Assembly: GCA_964016885.1 (NCBI GenBank)
Contig: OZ024761.1
Coordinates: 22,630,001 to 22,694,000, forward strand
Direction: 5' to 3'
Length of the DNA stretch: 64,000 nt
DNA from: Eledone cirrhosa
Lineage: Eukaryota
Part shown: positions 24,848 to 38,060 of the stretch, one piece after another
How positions within the stretch are numbered: the first letter of the stretch is position 1
Layout of the letters: each line of letters opens with the position of its first letter
Notes under the pieces: model-generated
Databases searched by the model: none
Told to the model about the DNA's origin: nothing
Seen by the model: only the letters and a program-made list of their open reading frames with translations
Position numbers and translations under genes: made by a program

Positions 24848-25508
24848 TTAATGTGATTTAGAAGAGTAAGAAGTTGCCACTGAATAATAATATAATAAGG
24901 AAATTATTGTGTACAGTGCTCAGGTGCACTACAACTTGTCAAAGGTGCATGTATAGTACACAGAATAATGAAGCTAGCAATAAATCTAGATATAAGTTAG
25001 ACATGTAGATATAACAGTAATGAGTATAGATTGAAGTTTTTACCAACTGGTGGTGACGGTGTATGTAATGGTTTTATCAACTGGTGGTGGTGGTGTGTGT
25101 GTAGAGAAATTTTATCAACTGGTACTTAGTATGGATATTTTGTATAGCAGTGATTAAGCATGAGAGTATGTGTGTAAATTATATATATAGATACACTTGT
25201 AAATATACACACACCTGTAAATATATATACATTTGCCCTATATTCAATGTTGTTTGAGTAGAAATACACGTTTGTATTCACCTGTACTGTTTATTTTCTG
25301 TTTCACTGCTTTATGTCACACACAGAACTATAGCTAGGTCATATGACCTGGCTGTAATATAATTATAGCCAGCTCATATGACCTTGCTATGTCTCACACA
25401 TTATACAACTATAGCTATGTCATATGACCTAGCTATGTCTCACACATATTATAGCCAGGTCATATAACACTACCCTGGGAGGTGGTGTGGTTGATGCAGT
25501 GGTGTCAC

Positions 25509-26082
25509 TGGCTGTTCTCTGAGGTACAGCTGATATATATCACCTAGACAAGACAGTAGAGTCTGCCCCTAACCCTGGGAGGTGTCACTAGCAAGACAGT
25601 AGTGTCTGCCCCTAACCCTGGGAGGTGTCACTGGCAAGACAGTAGTGTCTGCCCCTAACCCTGGGAGGTGTCACTGGCAAGACAGTAGTGTTTGCCCCTA
25701 ACCCTGGGAGGTGTCACTGACAAGACAGTAGTGTCTGCCCCTAACTCTGGGAGGTGTCACTGACAAGACAGTAGTGTCTACCCCTAACTCTGGGAGGTGT
25801 CACTGACAAGACAGTAGTGTCTGCCCCTAACTCTGGGAGGTGTCACTGACAAGACAGTAGTGTCTACCCCTAACTCTGGGAGGTGTCACTGACAAGACAG
25901 TAGTGTCTACCCCTAACTCTGGGAGGTAGAGTGGCTGTTCTCTGAGGTACAGCTGATATATATCACCTAGACAAGACAGTAGAGTCTGCCCCTAACCCTG
26001 GGAGGTGTCACTGGCAGGAGACTAGTGTCTGCCCCTAACTCTGGGAGGTGTCACTGGCAGGGCAGTAGTGTCTGCCCCTAAC
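25509..26082. repeat. 43-nt minisatellite with a higher-order duplication (CAAGACAGTAGTGTCTGCCCCTAACCCTGGGAGGTGTCACTGG)
   Basis: Unit spacing 43; a leader segment is duplicated at 25509 and 25932. Confidence 0.9.
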
Positions 26083-26811
26083 ACCCACTTCCATTCCTTT
26101 ATATTTTTACTGCAAACATTATACAATTTCATCTCTAGATTCAACAGCCATGAGAAACTCAGTATTGTGATTCTAAAAGTAAAATATATGCAGCTGCTCT
26201 GTAAAGTATTTTCAGTAATATAATCAACACAAATTCCATTCATTAACAGTTATTAAAGTCTTTAGTCTAAGATTACAAACTAGTAGACAAGTGCCAGCAA
26301 TAATTACTTGGAATGTATGTAATTTCTGGAGTCAAGGATTGGTATGTCATATATATATACCAAGATTACACAAGAGAAACCCTATAGTTTGTTAAGTACT
26401 GATACATAGAAGGCCATATAGACCAGGATTACTGGTTATATGAACAATACAAACTGAGATGTTTATGTTTTTATAAATTAATTGTTTACATAAGAGAAAC
26501 CCTATAGTTTTTTTTTATGTTAAGTACACACACACACAAATATATACATACATCATACATCATCATCATCATCATTTTACGTCCGCTTTTTCCCTGCTTG
26601 CAAGGGTGGGACGGGAACTGATTCTGGGGCTTGATTTCTACAGCTGGATGCCCTTCCTAACACTAACCTCATTTCTACAGCTGAGTAAACTGGAGCAATG
26701 TGAAATAAAGTGTCTTGCTCAAGGAAACAACACATCACCCGGTCTGAGAATTGAACTCACAACCTTTCAATTGCAAGGCCAATGCTCTAACCACTAAGCC
26801 ATGATATATAC

Positions 26812-26869
<58 letters not shown>

Positions 26870-27176
26870 CAGAATTTGCTGTTGAAACGGCAAGAGCTAA
26901 ACCATCGAGCTATGTCTCTAATTAATATGTTTGTATCACATATCTGAAAAGCTTCCTATTCTAGAGCAATATGATTTTAAAAATTAATATTCTTATATAA
27001 AATATAAAAAAAGGTTTTAAGGAATATAAAAATATTCAATAAATAACAAAGGATTAGAAAATTATGTTTAAAATACCAAAAATAAAAGGAGTGATGCATT
27101 AGAAGAAGAGAAATGATAGAAATTGCTAGGAAAATGTACACACACACACACACATTTATTTATGTATATATGTATT

Positions 27177-27232
<56 letters not shown>

Positions 27233-27965
27233 TACATATATTTATATATATATATACATATATTTATATATATATACATATATTTATATATATATCTATA
27301 CATATATTTATATATATATATATACATATATTTATATATATATATATATACATATATTTATATATATATATACACATATATTTATATATATATATATACA
27401 TATATTTATAATATATATACATATATTTATATATATACATATATTTATATATATATATATATATATACATATATTTATATATATATATATACATATATTT
27501 ATATATATATACATATATTTATATATATACAAAGATCGGAATTAAGAGTATTCCGCAGCTCAATATATACACATATATTCATATACACATATATTCATAT
27601 ATATACACATATATTCATATATATACATATATTTATATATACATATATTTATATATACATATATTTATATATATATATATTTATATATATATACATATAT
27701 TTATATATACATATATTTATATATACATATATCTATTTATATATACATATATCTATTTATATATACATATATCTATATATATATACACATATACTTATAC
27801 ACACACACACATATATATATACATATATATATATATATATTTATATGGTCAATTCTGAGGCAATCACTATAATCAATTGGCTATTTTAATCTACACAAGG
27901 AACTATGAAGTTACATCAGATGATAAGTAAATAAAATATATATTTATATATACACATCTACTTCT

Positions 27966-28008
<43 letters not shown>

Positions 28009-28009
28009 G

Positions 28010-28040
<31 letters not shown>

Positions 28041-28536
28041 ATACATACACACATATATATGTACATGTATCGACACATGCATGTACACACATATGTACAT
28101 GTATGCATGCACACACAAACATATACATATATATACATACACACATGTATTGACACATGCATATACACACATATGTACATGTATGCATGCACACACAAAC
28201 ATATACATATATATATATATATACATCATATATATATACACACATGTATTGACACATGCATGTACACACATATGTACATGTATGCATGCACACATAAACA
28301 TATACATATATAGATATACACATGCATATACACACATATGTACATGTATGCATGCACACACAAACATATACATATATATATATATATACACATGCATATA
28401 CACACATATGTACATGTATGCATGCACACAAACATATACATATATATATATATATACATCATATATATATATATACACACATGTATTGACACATGCATAT
28501 CCACACATATGTACATGTATGCATGCACACACAAAC

Positions 28537-28568
<32 letters not shown>

Positions 28569-29345
28569 ATATATGTACACATATCTACACATAATATCTA
28601 CAACAGTCAACAAAACTATATATATATATATAAATATATCTTTACTGTTACAATATATTAAACTAAGAATATACATCATTATCATTTCTTCTCTCTAATT
28701 AAACTAATTTAATTAAACAGATTATAATATAGAATGTAGGAAGAAGAAACATATATATATATAGTTATATATATATATATATATATATATTAAACTAAAA
28801 ACATAAGCCAAAGGTTAGTCTGAGAAGCAAGACGTATGAAAGGCAGGGAGGGAAATAATTTTCAATGTTCTTATCCTTAAAATTTTTGATTTTTTCTTTC
28901 TTTTAAGAATTGGAAAAAAGAAAATATGACCCCCAAAGATACCAAAAAAAAAACAAAAAAAAAAACAAAAAAAAAACAGCAAAAAAGATCATATATGACA
29001 TTATTATTATTAATAATAATAATTATTATTAATGTTATAATTAAATATATATATTATGATAATAGTAATAATAATAATAATAATAATAATTAAAACTTTT
29101 TTTAAAACAATAAATTACTTTCAAGGTGCTGAAGAGCCAGTGCAAGATGGTTTTTTTAAGTTAGGAAAAAAAAGATTTTTTTTATTATGACAAAAAAAAA
29201 AAACAAATAGGAATTATTAATTCTTGAAGTGCAGCTGAAAAGAATTTCCACGGATTAAAAAAAGAAAAAAAGATGGATTAAGACTTTTGAAGGAGGAGAA
29301 ATGGGATGAAATCTACATGAAATGGTTTTATAACACCAGCAGCAG

Positions 29346-30230
29346 CAAGACCAAGCTATTCCAGCTCCAACAGAAACAGCAAGACCTAGCTATTCCAGCT
29401 TCAACAGAAACAAGACCTAGTTATTCCAGCTCCAACAGAAACAGCAAGACCTAGCTATTCCAGCTTCAACAGAAACAAGACCTAGCTATTCCAGCTCCAA
29501 CAGAAACAGCAAGACCTAGCTATTCCAGCTTCAACAGAAACAAGACCTAGCTATTCCAGCTCCAACAGAAACAGCAAGACCTAGCTATTCCAGCTTCAAC
29601 AGAAACAAGACCTAGCTATTCCAGCTTCAACAGAAACAAGACCTAGCTATTCTAGCTTCAACAGAAACAAGACCTAGTTATTCCAGCTCCAACAGAAACA
29701 GCAAGACCTAGTTATTCCAGCTCCAACAGAAACAAGACCTAGCTATTCCCGCTCCAACAGAAACAGCAAGACCTAGTTATTCCAGCTCCAACAGAAACAA
29801 GACTTAGTTATTCCAGCTTCAACAGAAACAAGACCTAGTTATTCCAGCTCCAACAGAAACAGCAAGACCTAGCTATTCCAGCTCCAACAGAAACAGCAAG
29901 ACCTAGCTATTCCAGCTTCAACAGAAACAAGACCTAGCTATTCCAGCTCCAACAGAAACAGCAAGACCTAGCTATTCCAGCTCCAACAGAAACAAGACCT
30001 AGCTATTCCAGCTCCAACAGAAACAGCAAGACCTAGCTATTCCAGCTCCAACAGAAACAGCAAGACCTAGCTATTCCAGCTCCAACAGAAACAGCAAGAC
30101 CTAGCTATTCCAGTTTCAACAGAAACAAGACCTAGCTATTCCAGCTCCAACAGAAACAGCAAGACCTAGCTATTCCAGCTTCAACAGAAACAAGACCTAG
30201 CTATTCTGGTAGCTCCAACAGAAACAAGAC
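29346..30230. repeat. 31/34-nt minisatellite (CAAGACCTAGCTATTCCAGCTCCAACAGAAACAG)
   Basis: Interleaved variants with and without a CAG indel. Confidence 0.95.
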
Positions 30231-30430
30231 CGAGCTAATCTAATGGCTCCACCACCACAAACAAATCCTAGCTATTCCAGAGTAAAATATTTCAATGAAC
30301 TTAACCTTTAGTGCACTAGTAATTTATATAAGTAGTTTCCCTTGACACTGCATTATCTATTAAGGAAAGATTACTCTATGGTGCCCTTTGTTGCAGTACA
30401 CTAGAATGTTCATGTTTACACATAATTTAA

Positions 30431-30807
30431 CCCTTTAGCATTTAAACCGGCCATAACCAGCCAGAATTCTCTCACCTCTTTCTGTTCAAACTTATGTTAA
30501 AATATTGTTCCCAAAATAAATAATATCAAAATCTCGTAGATTCAATATTATGTGAGATAAAGTGTTTACTGTGAAAATACAATAGTATATATAGGGTAAT
30601 GTAAATGTTATGTGAGATATTATGTGAGGTAAAGCCTTTACTGTGAAAATATAATAGTAAATATAGAGTAATGTAAATGTTATGGGAGGTAAAGCCTTTA
30701 CTGTGAAAATACAATATTATATATAGAGTAATGTAAATGTTATGGGAGGTAAAGCCTTTACTGTGAAAATACAATAGTATATATAGAGTAATGTAAATGC
30801 TAAAGGG
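30431..30807 (-). mobile_element. piggyBac-like MITE family A, copy 4, inverted relative to copies 1-3
   Basis: TTAA TSD; body is the reverse complement of 17784-18397, including the internal tandem unit. Confidence 0.8.
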
Positions 30808-31876
30808 TTAAATATGATTGCAAATATGCAGTTATTTCAAATCTGTGCACCTCATTCTATAGCAACATGCTTCTTTCTCTACAGTACAACTTCACTGCTA
30901 CTACTTATACTAATACACACACTTTACCTGCTTATGCAAATAACCTGCTCAATGTTCTTTACGTGTTCCCTTCACTTTTCAAAAGTTTGCTTCTATTTTA
31001 TTTTTTTCTTCTAGATGTGTTAAGCAACTCAATATATCTATTTATCCAGAAGAAATGTTCCCTTGAGTACCATATAAAATATTGATTATTAATTGTTGGA
31101 CATGTTAATTGATTGGTTCTGCATACTAACACTATATTTATCTCCATAAAAACAATTGTAGAAATTAAAGATGGAATTTGAACAACAACTTTGGTTTTCA
31201 TTTGTATTATTTTTATGCTCTGCAGCTTTCACTGTCTTCATCTCCCACTATCTTAACCCCTTGGAGTACAACTTGGATTTGGATTCCAGTGTGCTGTCAA
31301 TTTTATTAACACATTAAGCTTACTGAAATAACAGTGGATTACTCCACTCTCGTATCTATATCTATATCTATATATATATATATGACAGGCAGTTTATGTC
31401 TCCTAAATTCTACTCACAAGGCATTGGTCCACCTGAAGCTATAGTAAAAAACACTTGCCTAAGGTACCACATAGGCATATCTGTGCATATATATATATAT
31501 ATATGATGTTAGATACACTATCTATACAAGACATGGTGGTCACTGCTGGAGCACCTTTGATCATATAGATAAGATGGATTAGCAATGATCTGCAGCTAAA
31601 CAACAGCAACACTAACAACAATCAACCACTCTGAATAGATAACTTTATAAAAGCAACACCACCAAATTAAACCAGCTTGAAGCAACAGCTCTAAAATAAT
31701 AGAATAGGAGTAACAGAATCTTCCAAGAAACAACATCAGAGTTCATCAGTTCCTTGCAATCTTCGGAATATTTTGAAGACAAAGTTTAAGACAAGCTTCT
31801 AAAGATTGACAGAATAAAACTGGGTGAAAAAGACAGATAATTATCAAAAGCTACTGAATCCGTTGGTTGTGGTCTT

Positions 31877-32295
31877 AGTCACAGATGTAAAGTTATAAAC
31901 CATCTTGAGAGACAGCCTTAGTCACAGATGTAAGGTTAGAAAACATCTAGAGAGACAGTCTTAGTCACATATGTAAAGTTATAAACCATCTTGAGAGACA
32001 GTCACAGATATAATGTTAGAAACCATCTTGAGAGACAGTCACAGATATAATGTTAGAAACCATCTTGAGAGACAGTCACAGATGTAATGTTAGAAACCAT
32101 CTTGAGAGACAGTCACAGATATAATGTTAGAAACCATCTTGAGAGACAGTCACAGATGTAATGTTAGAAACCATCTTGAGAGACAGTCACAGATATAATG
32201 TTAGAAACCATCTTGAGAGACAGTCACAGATGTAATGTTAGAAACCATCTTGAGAGACAGTCACAGATGTAATGTTAGAAACCATCTTGAGAGAT
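31877..32295. repeat. 37-nt minisatellite, about 11 copies (AGTCACAGATRTAATGTTAGAAACCATCTTGAGAGAC)
   Basis: Direct inspection; the minus strand carries TTCTAAC in 9 units. Confidence 0.9.
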
Positions 32296-34100
32296 GGCGC
32301 TAATCTCATCACAGATGTAAGATTGGAAACCACTGAGAGACAGTCGATGACTTTCATCAAATTGGACCGAGGAAACAATGTTTCCGTTAGTCTTTCCATT
32401 GCTAACACTATCTATCGGTCGCAACTCCAGGTAGAAGGAGCAACGTGAAATAAAGTGTCTTGCTCAAGGACATAACGCATCACCCGGTCCAGGAACCAAA
32501 TTCACAACCTCACGATTTTGAGAGAGACAGAAAAAACAAGAATTTACTCACCTAAATGGAAGTTTATGGCCAGAGAACTTTAGAATAAAGTAATCAACTT
32601 TATGAACTGATGACAGAGAAATATTATAAACCAGCTGAACATAGAGTTTTATTAAGAATAACACTTCAACAGGTAATTGTAAAGGTCGGAAAGGGAAAGG
32701 GGATCAATACTTAAGAGATTTAAAACCATTTTTATTACAAAATTGTTGAATAAGAGGAAAGGAAAGAAAGCATAGGGAAGATGGAAAGAGAAAGAGAGAG
32801 ACAGGGGGTTAAAGAGTAGGAGGAGACTTTCTAAAGATGTTAGATGAAGTGAGAACAGCCACTTTAAAAATGCAACAACCAAGCTAACCAAGACCAAGTC
32901 TAATTAACGAACATCCTCCGATATTGTTAACGATGGCAGAATTAGCATAGAAAGCCTAGACATTACATGAGATGTAATTTAGGAATTAAGTAACAATAAG
33001 ATTAATGACTAATGACCAAAACAAGAGGCACCGATGGGAGTTGTGTGAGAAGATCTTAGCGATATCTTTTATATATACTTTTAACCCTTAACATCCTGTA
33101 CCACATCAGACAGCATTTGGAACACGTTCTTGAAAAGTACAAAACAGCACTCTGATTGCATCACATTAATAATTATAGTCTTTACTTTGGTTTACTGCAA
33201 ATTTTCATCATGATATGTCTACTAGTAAAGATACTATAAACATGAATTAACAAACCCGTTTTTAAATATTTTCTGCCAAATCAATACAGGAGCTTAAGAG
33301 TTAATAAATAAAGTATATGAAAAAAGAAAGCTAATCATAGTTTTAAAAGCATGAAGACTATAACAGGAGAACGAGACAGAGAGATGAATGCTTACTCTTG
33401 AAAAACTAATAAATTCTAAAATATCGGCTGAAGACAAAAGACTAGATTTAACAACATCAACAATACTGTAGAGAAGCAGAGGTAAAAAAGACAACATAGA
33501 GAGAAAATAATAATAAAAAAAAATTTAGGGGGTTAAATTATTGTTTACCAGAAAGCAAAACAAGTGATATATAAATATATATATCTAAGAACAAACACCC
33601 TAGATAAGACTTTAAAACAAAGATTTACACCAACTATAACCAGCTGAAAAATGAACAAGTGTTTAAACAAAATAGAATATAATGTAATATGTATTATTGG
33701 AATTCTGAAAAAAGTTGGATGACATTGGGCAGGGGTTAAATTGAAATTAAAGGTAAATCTCCCTTTGTTTTGTGTGTCTTTAAATATACAGAAAAGAAAT
33801 ATTATTATAATATTAAGATTAGATTTAAAGTTTTAAAAAAATTAATTTAATTTTTTAAAAAAAGATACCATTATAAGAAAAATATGCAATTTTTTTTTCT
33901 TCTCTTTTTTTTAAAAAATATGAATCTTATTTTTTATACATAGCATCCAACTTTTAATTTGAGAGAAAACAGAGAGAGCGAGAAAGAAAAGAGAAAGGTT
34001 TCTTGCACTGACTCTTTGCATGCCTGGCTGTTGAAAAAGAAGTTTTAAAACAATGATAAGGTCACTACTGCCCAATAGCAGCAGCAGGTCACTATCAAAC

Positions 34101-34176
34101 CTGTCTTCAGGGTTAGGTGGGATGCCAAGGTCTCCGGTTCGCAGTCTACGACTTATCTCCTCGATTTGCAGGTGAA
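34101..34176 (-). CDS. SF1: SF1 exon 3 (VHLQIEEISRRLRTGDLGIPPNPED)
   Basis: Near-identical to human VQLQIEDLTRKLRTGDLGIPPNPED; ttccag acceptor, weak gtttga donor; 76 nt; absent from the ORF track. Confidence 0.96.
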
Positions 34177-35959
34177 CTGGAATGAAGTGGTTATAATAGC
34201 AGCAAGTATTAACAATCAGAGAGTGACAACATCAATTAGAGGCCAGTTTGAGGCTATAGAAATAATAATAACAACAATAACAGTAATAATAATAATAAAG
34301 ATTTCTTTCTAATTTAGGCACAAGGCCAGCAATTTTGTGGAGGGGAAACTCAGTCATATTCTACACCAGTACTTTACTGGTACTTTATTTTATTGAGCCC
34401 AGAAGAATGAAAAGTAAAGGTGACCTTGGCATGATTTGATGAAATACTGCAATATTACTCACCCAACACACGATTCTGGCAACCCACTGCCCTAAATAAC
34501 AATACTAATAGTAATGGTTTCTAATTTGTTTTGCACAAGGCTAGCAATTTTTGGAGGGAAGGGAAAGTCTGTTAAATTGACCCTAACTTATGGCTGGTAC
34601 TTTATTTTAAACCACAGAAGGATGAAAGGAAAAGTTGAACTGTAACCAGAACAGAGAAGGCAGAAATCAAAACATTGCAATATATTTCACCCGACGCTCT
34701 ACCAATTCTGCCAATCCATTATCCTAACAGTAACAATTATAACAACAAAACACAACCCAACCACTTCTAATCAAGTATAAACAACCTTAACTAAAACATC
34801 TCACCTAATGGCCTGAAACTGACCTTGTGTATTTTAAAATCATCATTAACATTTTTATGGGTTAGACAGGTGGTCCTATTTCAGGCAAGTTGGGTCAGAG
34901 ACACACATACATATATACATATACACACACATATATATAGATATGTACATATATAGATACATCCATACATACACATGCACATGTGTCTGAAAATGAAATT
35001 TACAGCTCACATCTATGCAAGTTTAGTTGACCTAAGAATTTGCATCTCATGAGATGTTTGTTGTATGTGTGTGTGTGTTGTATGTGTGTGTGTGTTGTAT
35101 GTGTGTGTGTGTTGTATATGTGTGTGTGTTGTATATGTGTGTGTGTTGTATATGTGTGTGTGTTGTATATGTGTGTGAGAGGGGGTAGGATGGATGTAAA
35201 GCTAGATGGATAAGCTGTCTAAAAACTGCATACTTTCCTTCAACAGTGTACTTTAGCAATCTATCTAGGTTAACATGTTCACCTTCAGATGAAGACCTAC
35301 ACACAGCCATCCACCTCCACTCTCTCTGACAGTTATCTAATATTTCAGGCCCTGACAGACATTATCAATGGAATTTATTATAGTAAGTAATCCCACCCAG
35401 CAAATAATAACTAAACTGTTTTTCATACCAAACTCACTGTAACCATTTGTACTTCTACAATACAAAAATATATTAACCCTTTCAGTACTCTATAATGGTT
35501 TCTGATTTAGGCACAAGGCCAACAATTTTGTAGGAGGGGAAAGTTGATTAAATCGACCCCACCTCAGCAGGATTTGAACTCAGAACATAAATGGCATCTT
35601 ATTCCCTCTCTTTGGTCTCTTATAGGCAGGTGCATAATTGCTAAGGTGCTACGAAGTAAGATCAAACACAAAACCATGTGGTTGTGAAGTAAAGTTAACC
35701 ACACAGCCATAGCTGCACACACACACACACATATATGTGTGTGTGTAGACCCATCCAACCTTTGTTAGCAGGGAAAGAGGATGTTAAATGATTATACATA
35801 TATATATATATATATATATTCATAGGATAATTAGAAAAACACAATGTAAGGAAGCTCTTAAATCAGCAAAATGCTGTCAATGAGTTCTTTCCGTTATTCT
35901 ACAAATTCTAATACATTCGCTCTTCAAAGTCGATATAGAGATAACTTTGTTTATGTATA

Positions 35960-36137
35960 TGCAGTAGAGGAAGACAACAGAAAACATGGGTAGAGGTGCT
36001 GAGAGCTGACCTCAGGGTGCTGAAGCTCACAGAGGAGATGATGAAGGACCGTGACAAATAGAGAGATGCTGTGCTGAAGAGGACCAGTCCCAACCTTGCA
36101 AACAGGGAAAAGCAGACATAAAATGACGATGATGATA
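35960..36137 (+). mobile_element. RTE-clade LINE 3' end relic
   Basis: CSRGRQQKTWVEVLRADLRVLKLTEEMMKDRDK*R matches the RTE C-terminal RGRP..TW....D......DR..WR; ends in a GAT-repeat tail. Confidence 0.75.
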
Positions 36138-36758
36138 TATATAATATATATATATGTGTGTGTATATAAACATGCACATGTGTATGGCACCTGAGACAGC
36201 AACAAGATTTAAATGTTGAGGTTAAAATAAACTATTTATAGCCAGAAAGATAGATCAGATTGTTTGGTTGTTTGTTAAGACATGTGTTGAACTTAAAGGT
36301 AACCTGTCCTATCTCCTTCAGTACTAGTTGTTACTACAATATCTACTTAATGTTTAATTATATTTAAACAACAAAGTATGAAGGTAGCAACAGTTGAGAA
36401 AAGAGTAGTAGTATCTAATACCTAGCAGGACAGGACATATACACACTGTACAGCACACACACACACTACACTGCACATCACACCACTACACACATATTGT
36501 ACAGACACAATGTACATCAGATACCTCCACCATATTGTACATTACACATACACTCCCCACACACACCACCACCATCCAGCAACAGAGAAAAGATGAGATT
36601 AGCAATAAACCCTCTAGTGTTGTAAACCTGAAAAGGAAAGGAAGGGAGAGAGAAAGTAAATGAGGGGCAAAAGAGTGATTGTGGGGGTGAGAATCATTTT
36701 GACAGCCATTTTTCCATAGTTGTATTTCAATATCATCTGTAATGTGAGTATCAACCAG

Positions 36759-36998
36759 TCAAGATCAGTTCTCACTACTTGAGCCTGAGGTTCAACACCA
36801 TTCAAGATCAGTTCTCACTACTTGAGCCTGAGGTTCAACACCATTCAAGATCAGTTCTCACTACTTGAGCCTGAGGTTCAACACCATTCAAGATCAGTTC
36901 TCATTACTTGAGCCTGAGGTTCAACCAGTCAAGATCAGTTCTCACCACTTGAGCCTGAGGTTCAACACCATTCAAGATCAGTTCTCACTACTTGAGCC
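36759..36998. repeat. 43-nt minisatellite, about 5.5 copies (TCAAGATCAGTTCTCACTACTTGAGCCTGAGGTTCAACACCAT)
   Basis: Direct inspection. Confidence 0.9.
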
Positions 36999-37879
36999 TA
37001 GGTCATTAGTTTTAGGTGTTTGATCCCTTGACAATTATTAGTCAGCTTCATAATAAATGACAAAGTGCTAGGCAGTGAGATTGAACCCAAAACCATGTGG
37101 TTGTGAAGTAAACTTCTTAACCACACAGCCATGGTTATTTACCCCAAAACCTTTCATCATAATTCTAATAATTTTATCTAAGAACTTTCGTTAAGTTCCA
37201 TTCCAAAGACCATGTCATTAACAAGGCAGTTATTTTACTAAATCTTTCCAAATTTGAAAATCAAAGACAGTGTATCTCGTTAGAAAAGTGGTTAGAAATG
37301 AAGAGACTAACATTAAGTAATGCTTACTGTAATACACACTAGCTGTAATATATTACAGTTGTTGAAAACTGTCCTTCACTGGGGAGTGTTTGCTGTTAAC
37401 TTATATGGCTGAGATAATGTAAAAATGTATCTAGTTACTTTACTAGCAAGGTGTGTTCAGTATTTTAATATTTATAGGCATACATTGGTAGTAATGGTGC
37501 CATGTTAAAATACTCCCAGTACACTCTGTAAAGTGGTAGAGTTGGTGTCTTGATAAAATACTCCCAGTACACTCTGTAAAGTGGTAGTGCTGGTGTCTCA
37601 ATAAAATACTCCCACTACACTCTGTTAAGTGGTAGTGCTGGTGTCATGATAAAATACACCTAGTATACTCTGTAAAATGATTAGCATTAAGAAGGGCAGC
37701 CAGTTGCAGAAACCATGGCAAATATGTAACATATGGTTCTCCAACTTGCCTTGTCTTGGAACATGGCAACCTATCCAACCTACAACAGCATTGAAAATAG
37801 ACATACAACGATGATGATACACTGTGTTTAGGTTTTTAACAGTTCTTTTACACTCACTTATTCCGGAAAGTGGGAGAAG

Positions 37880-38060
37880 AGTCCTCACACACGCCATCCA
37901 TTGTATCCTAGTGGAAGCAACTGTCACAATATGATCTTGATAGATCTCTAAGCAACACCAACCAAGGTTAGGGATGTTATTGAACCCTCTTGTACGTGGT
38001 CTACCTCTGGTTTTCCCCTCGCTGGTTAACTTTGCCTGTAAAATCTGTCCTGCATTTCTT
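37880..38060 (-). mobile_element. RTE-like LINE 3' relic
   Basis: QILQAKLTSEGKTRGRPRTRG...VASTRIQW pattern. Confidence 0.55.

Noticed and set aside
25549-26082. CCCTAACCCT telomere-like motif in the 43-nt repeat
   Set aside because: Only about 1.5 telomeric units per repeat and mutated in many copies; not an interstitial telomere.
27113-28698. Long ORFs of 100-260 aa rich in Y/I/H/T/C/V (also 4890-5852, 39122-39922, 46025-46430)
   Set aside because: Translations of (TA)n/(CA)n microsatellites, open in several frames.
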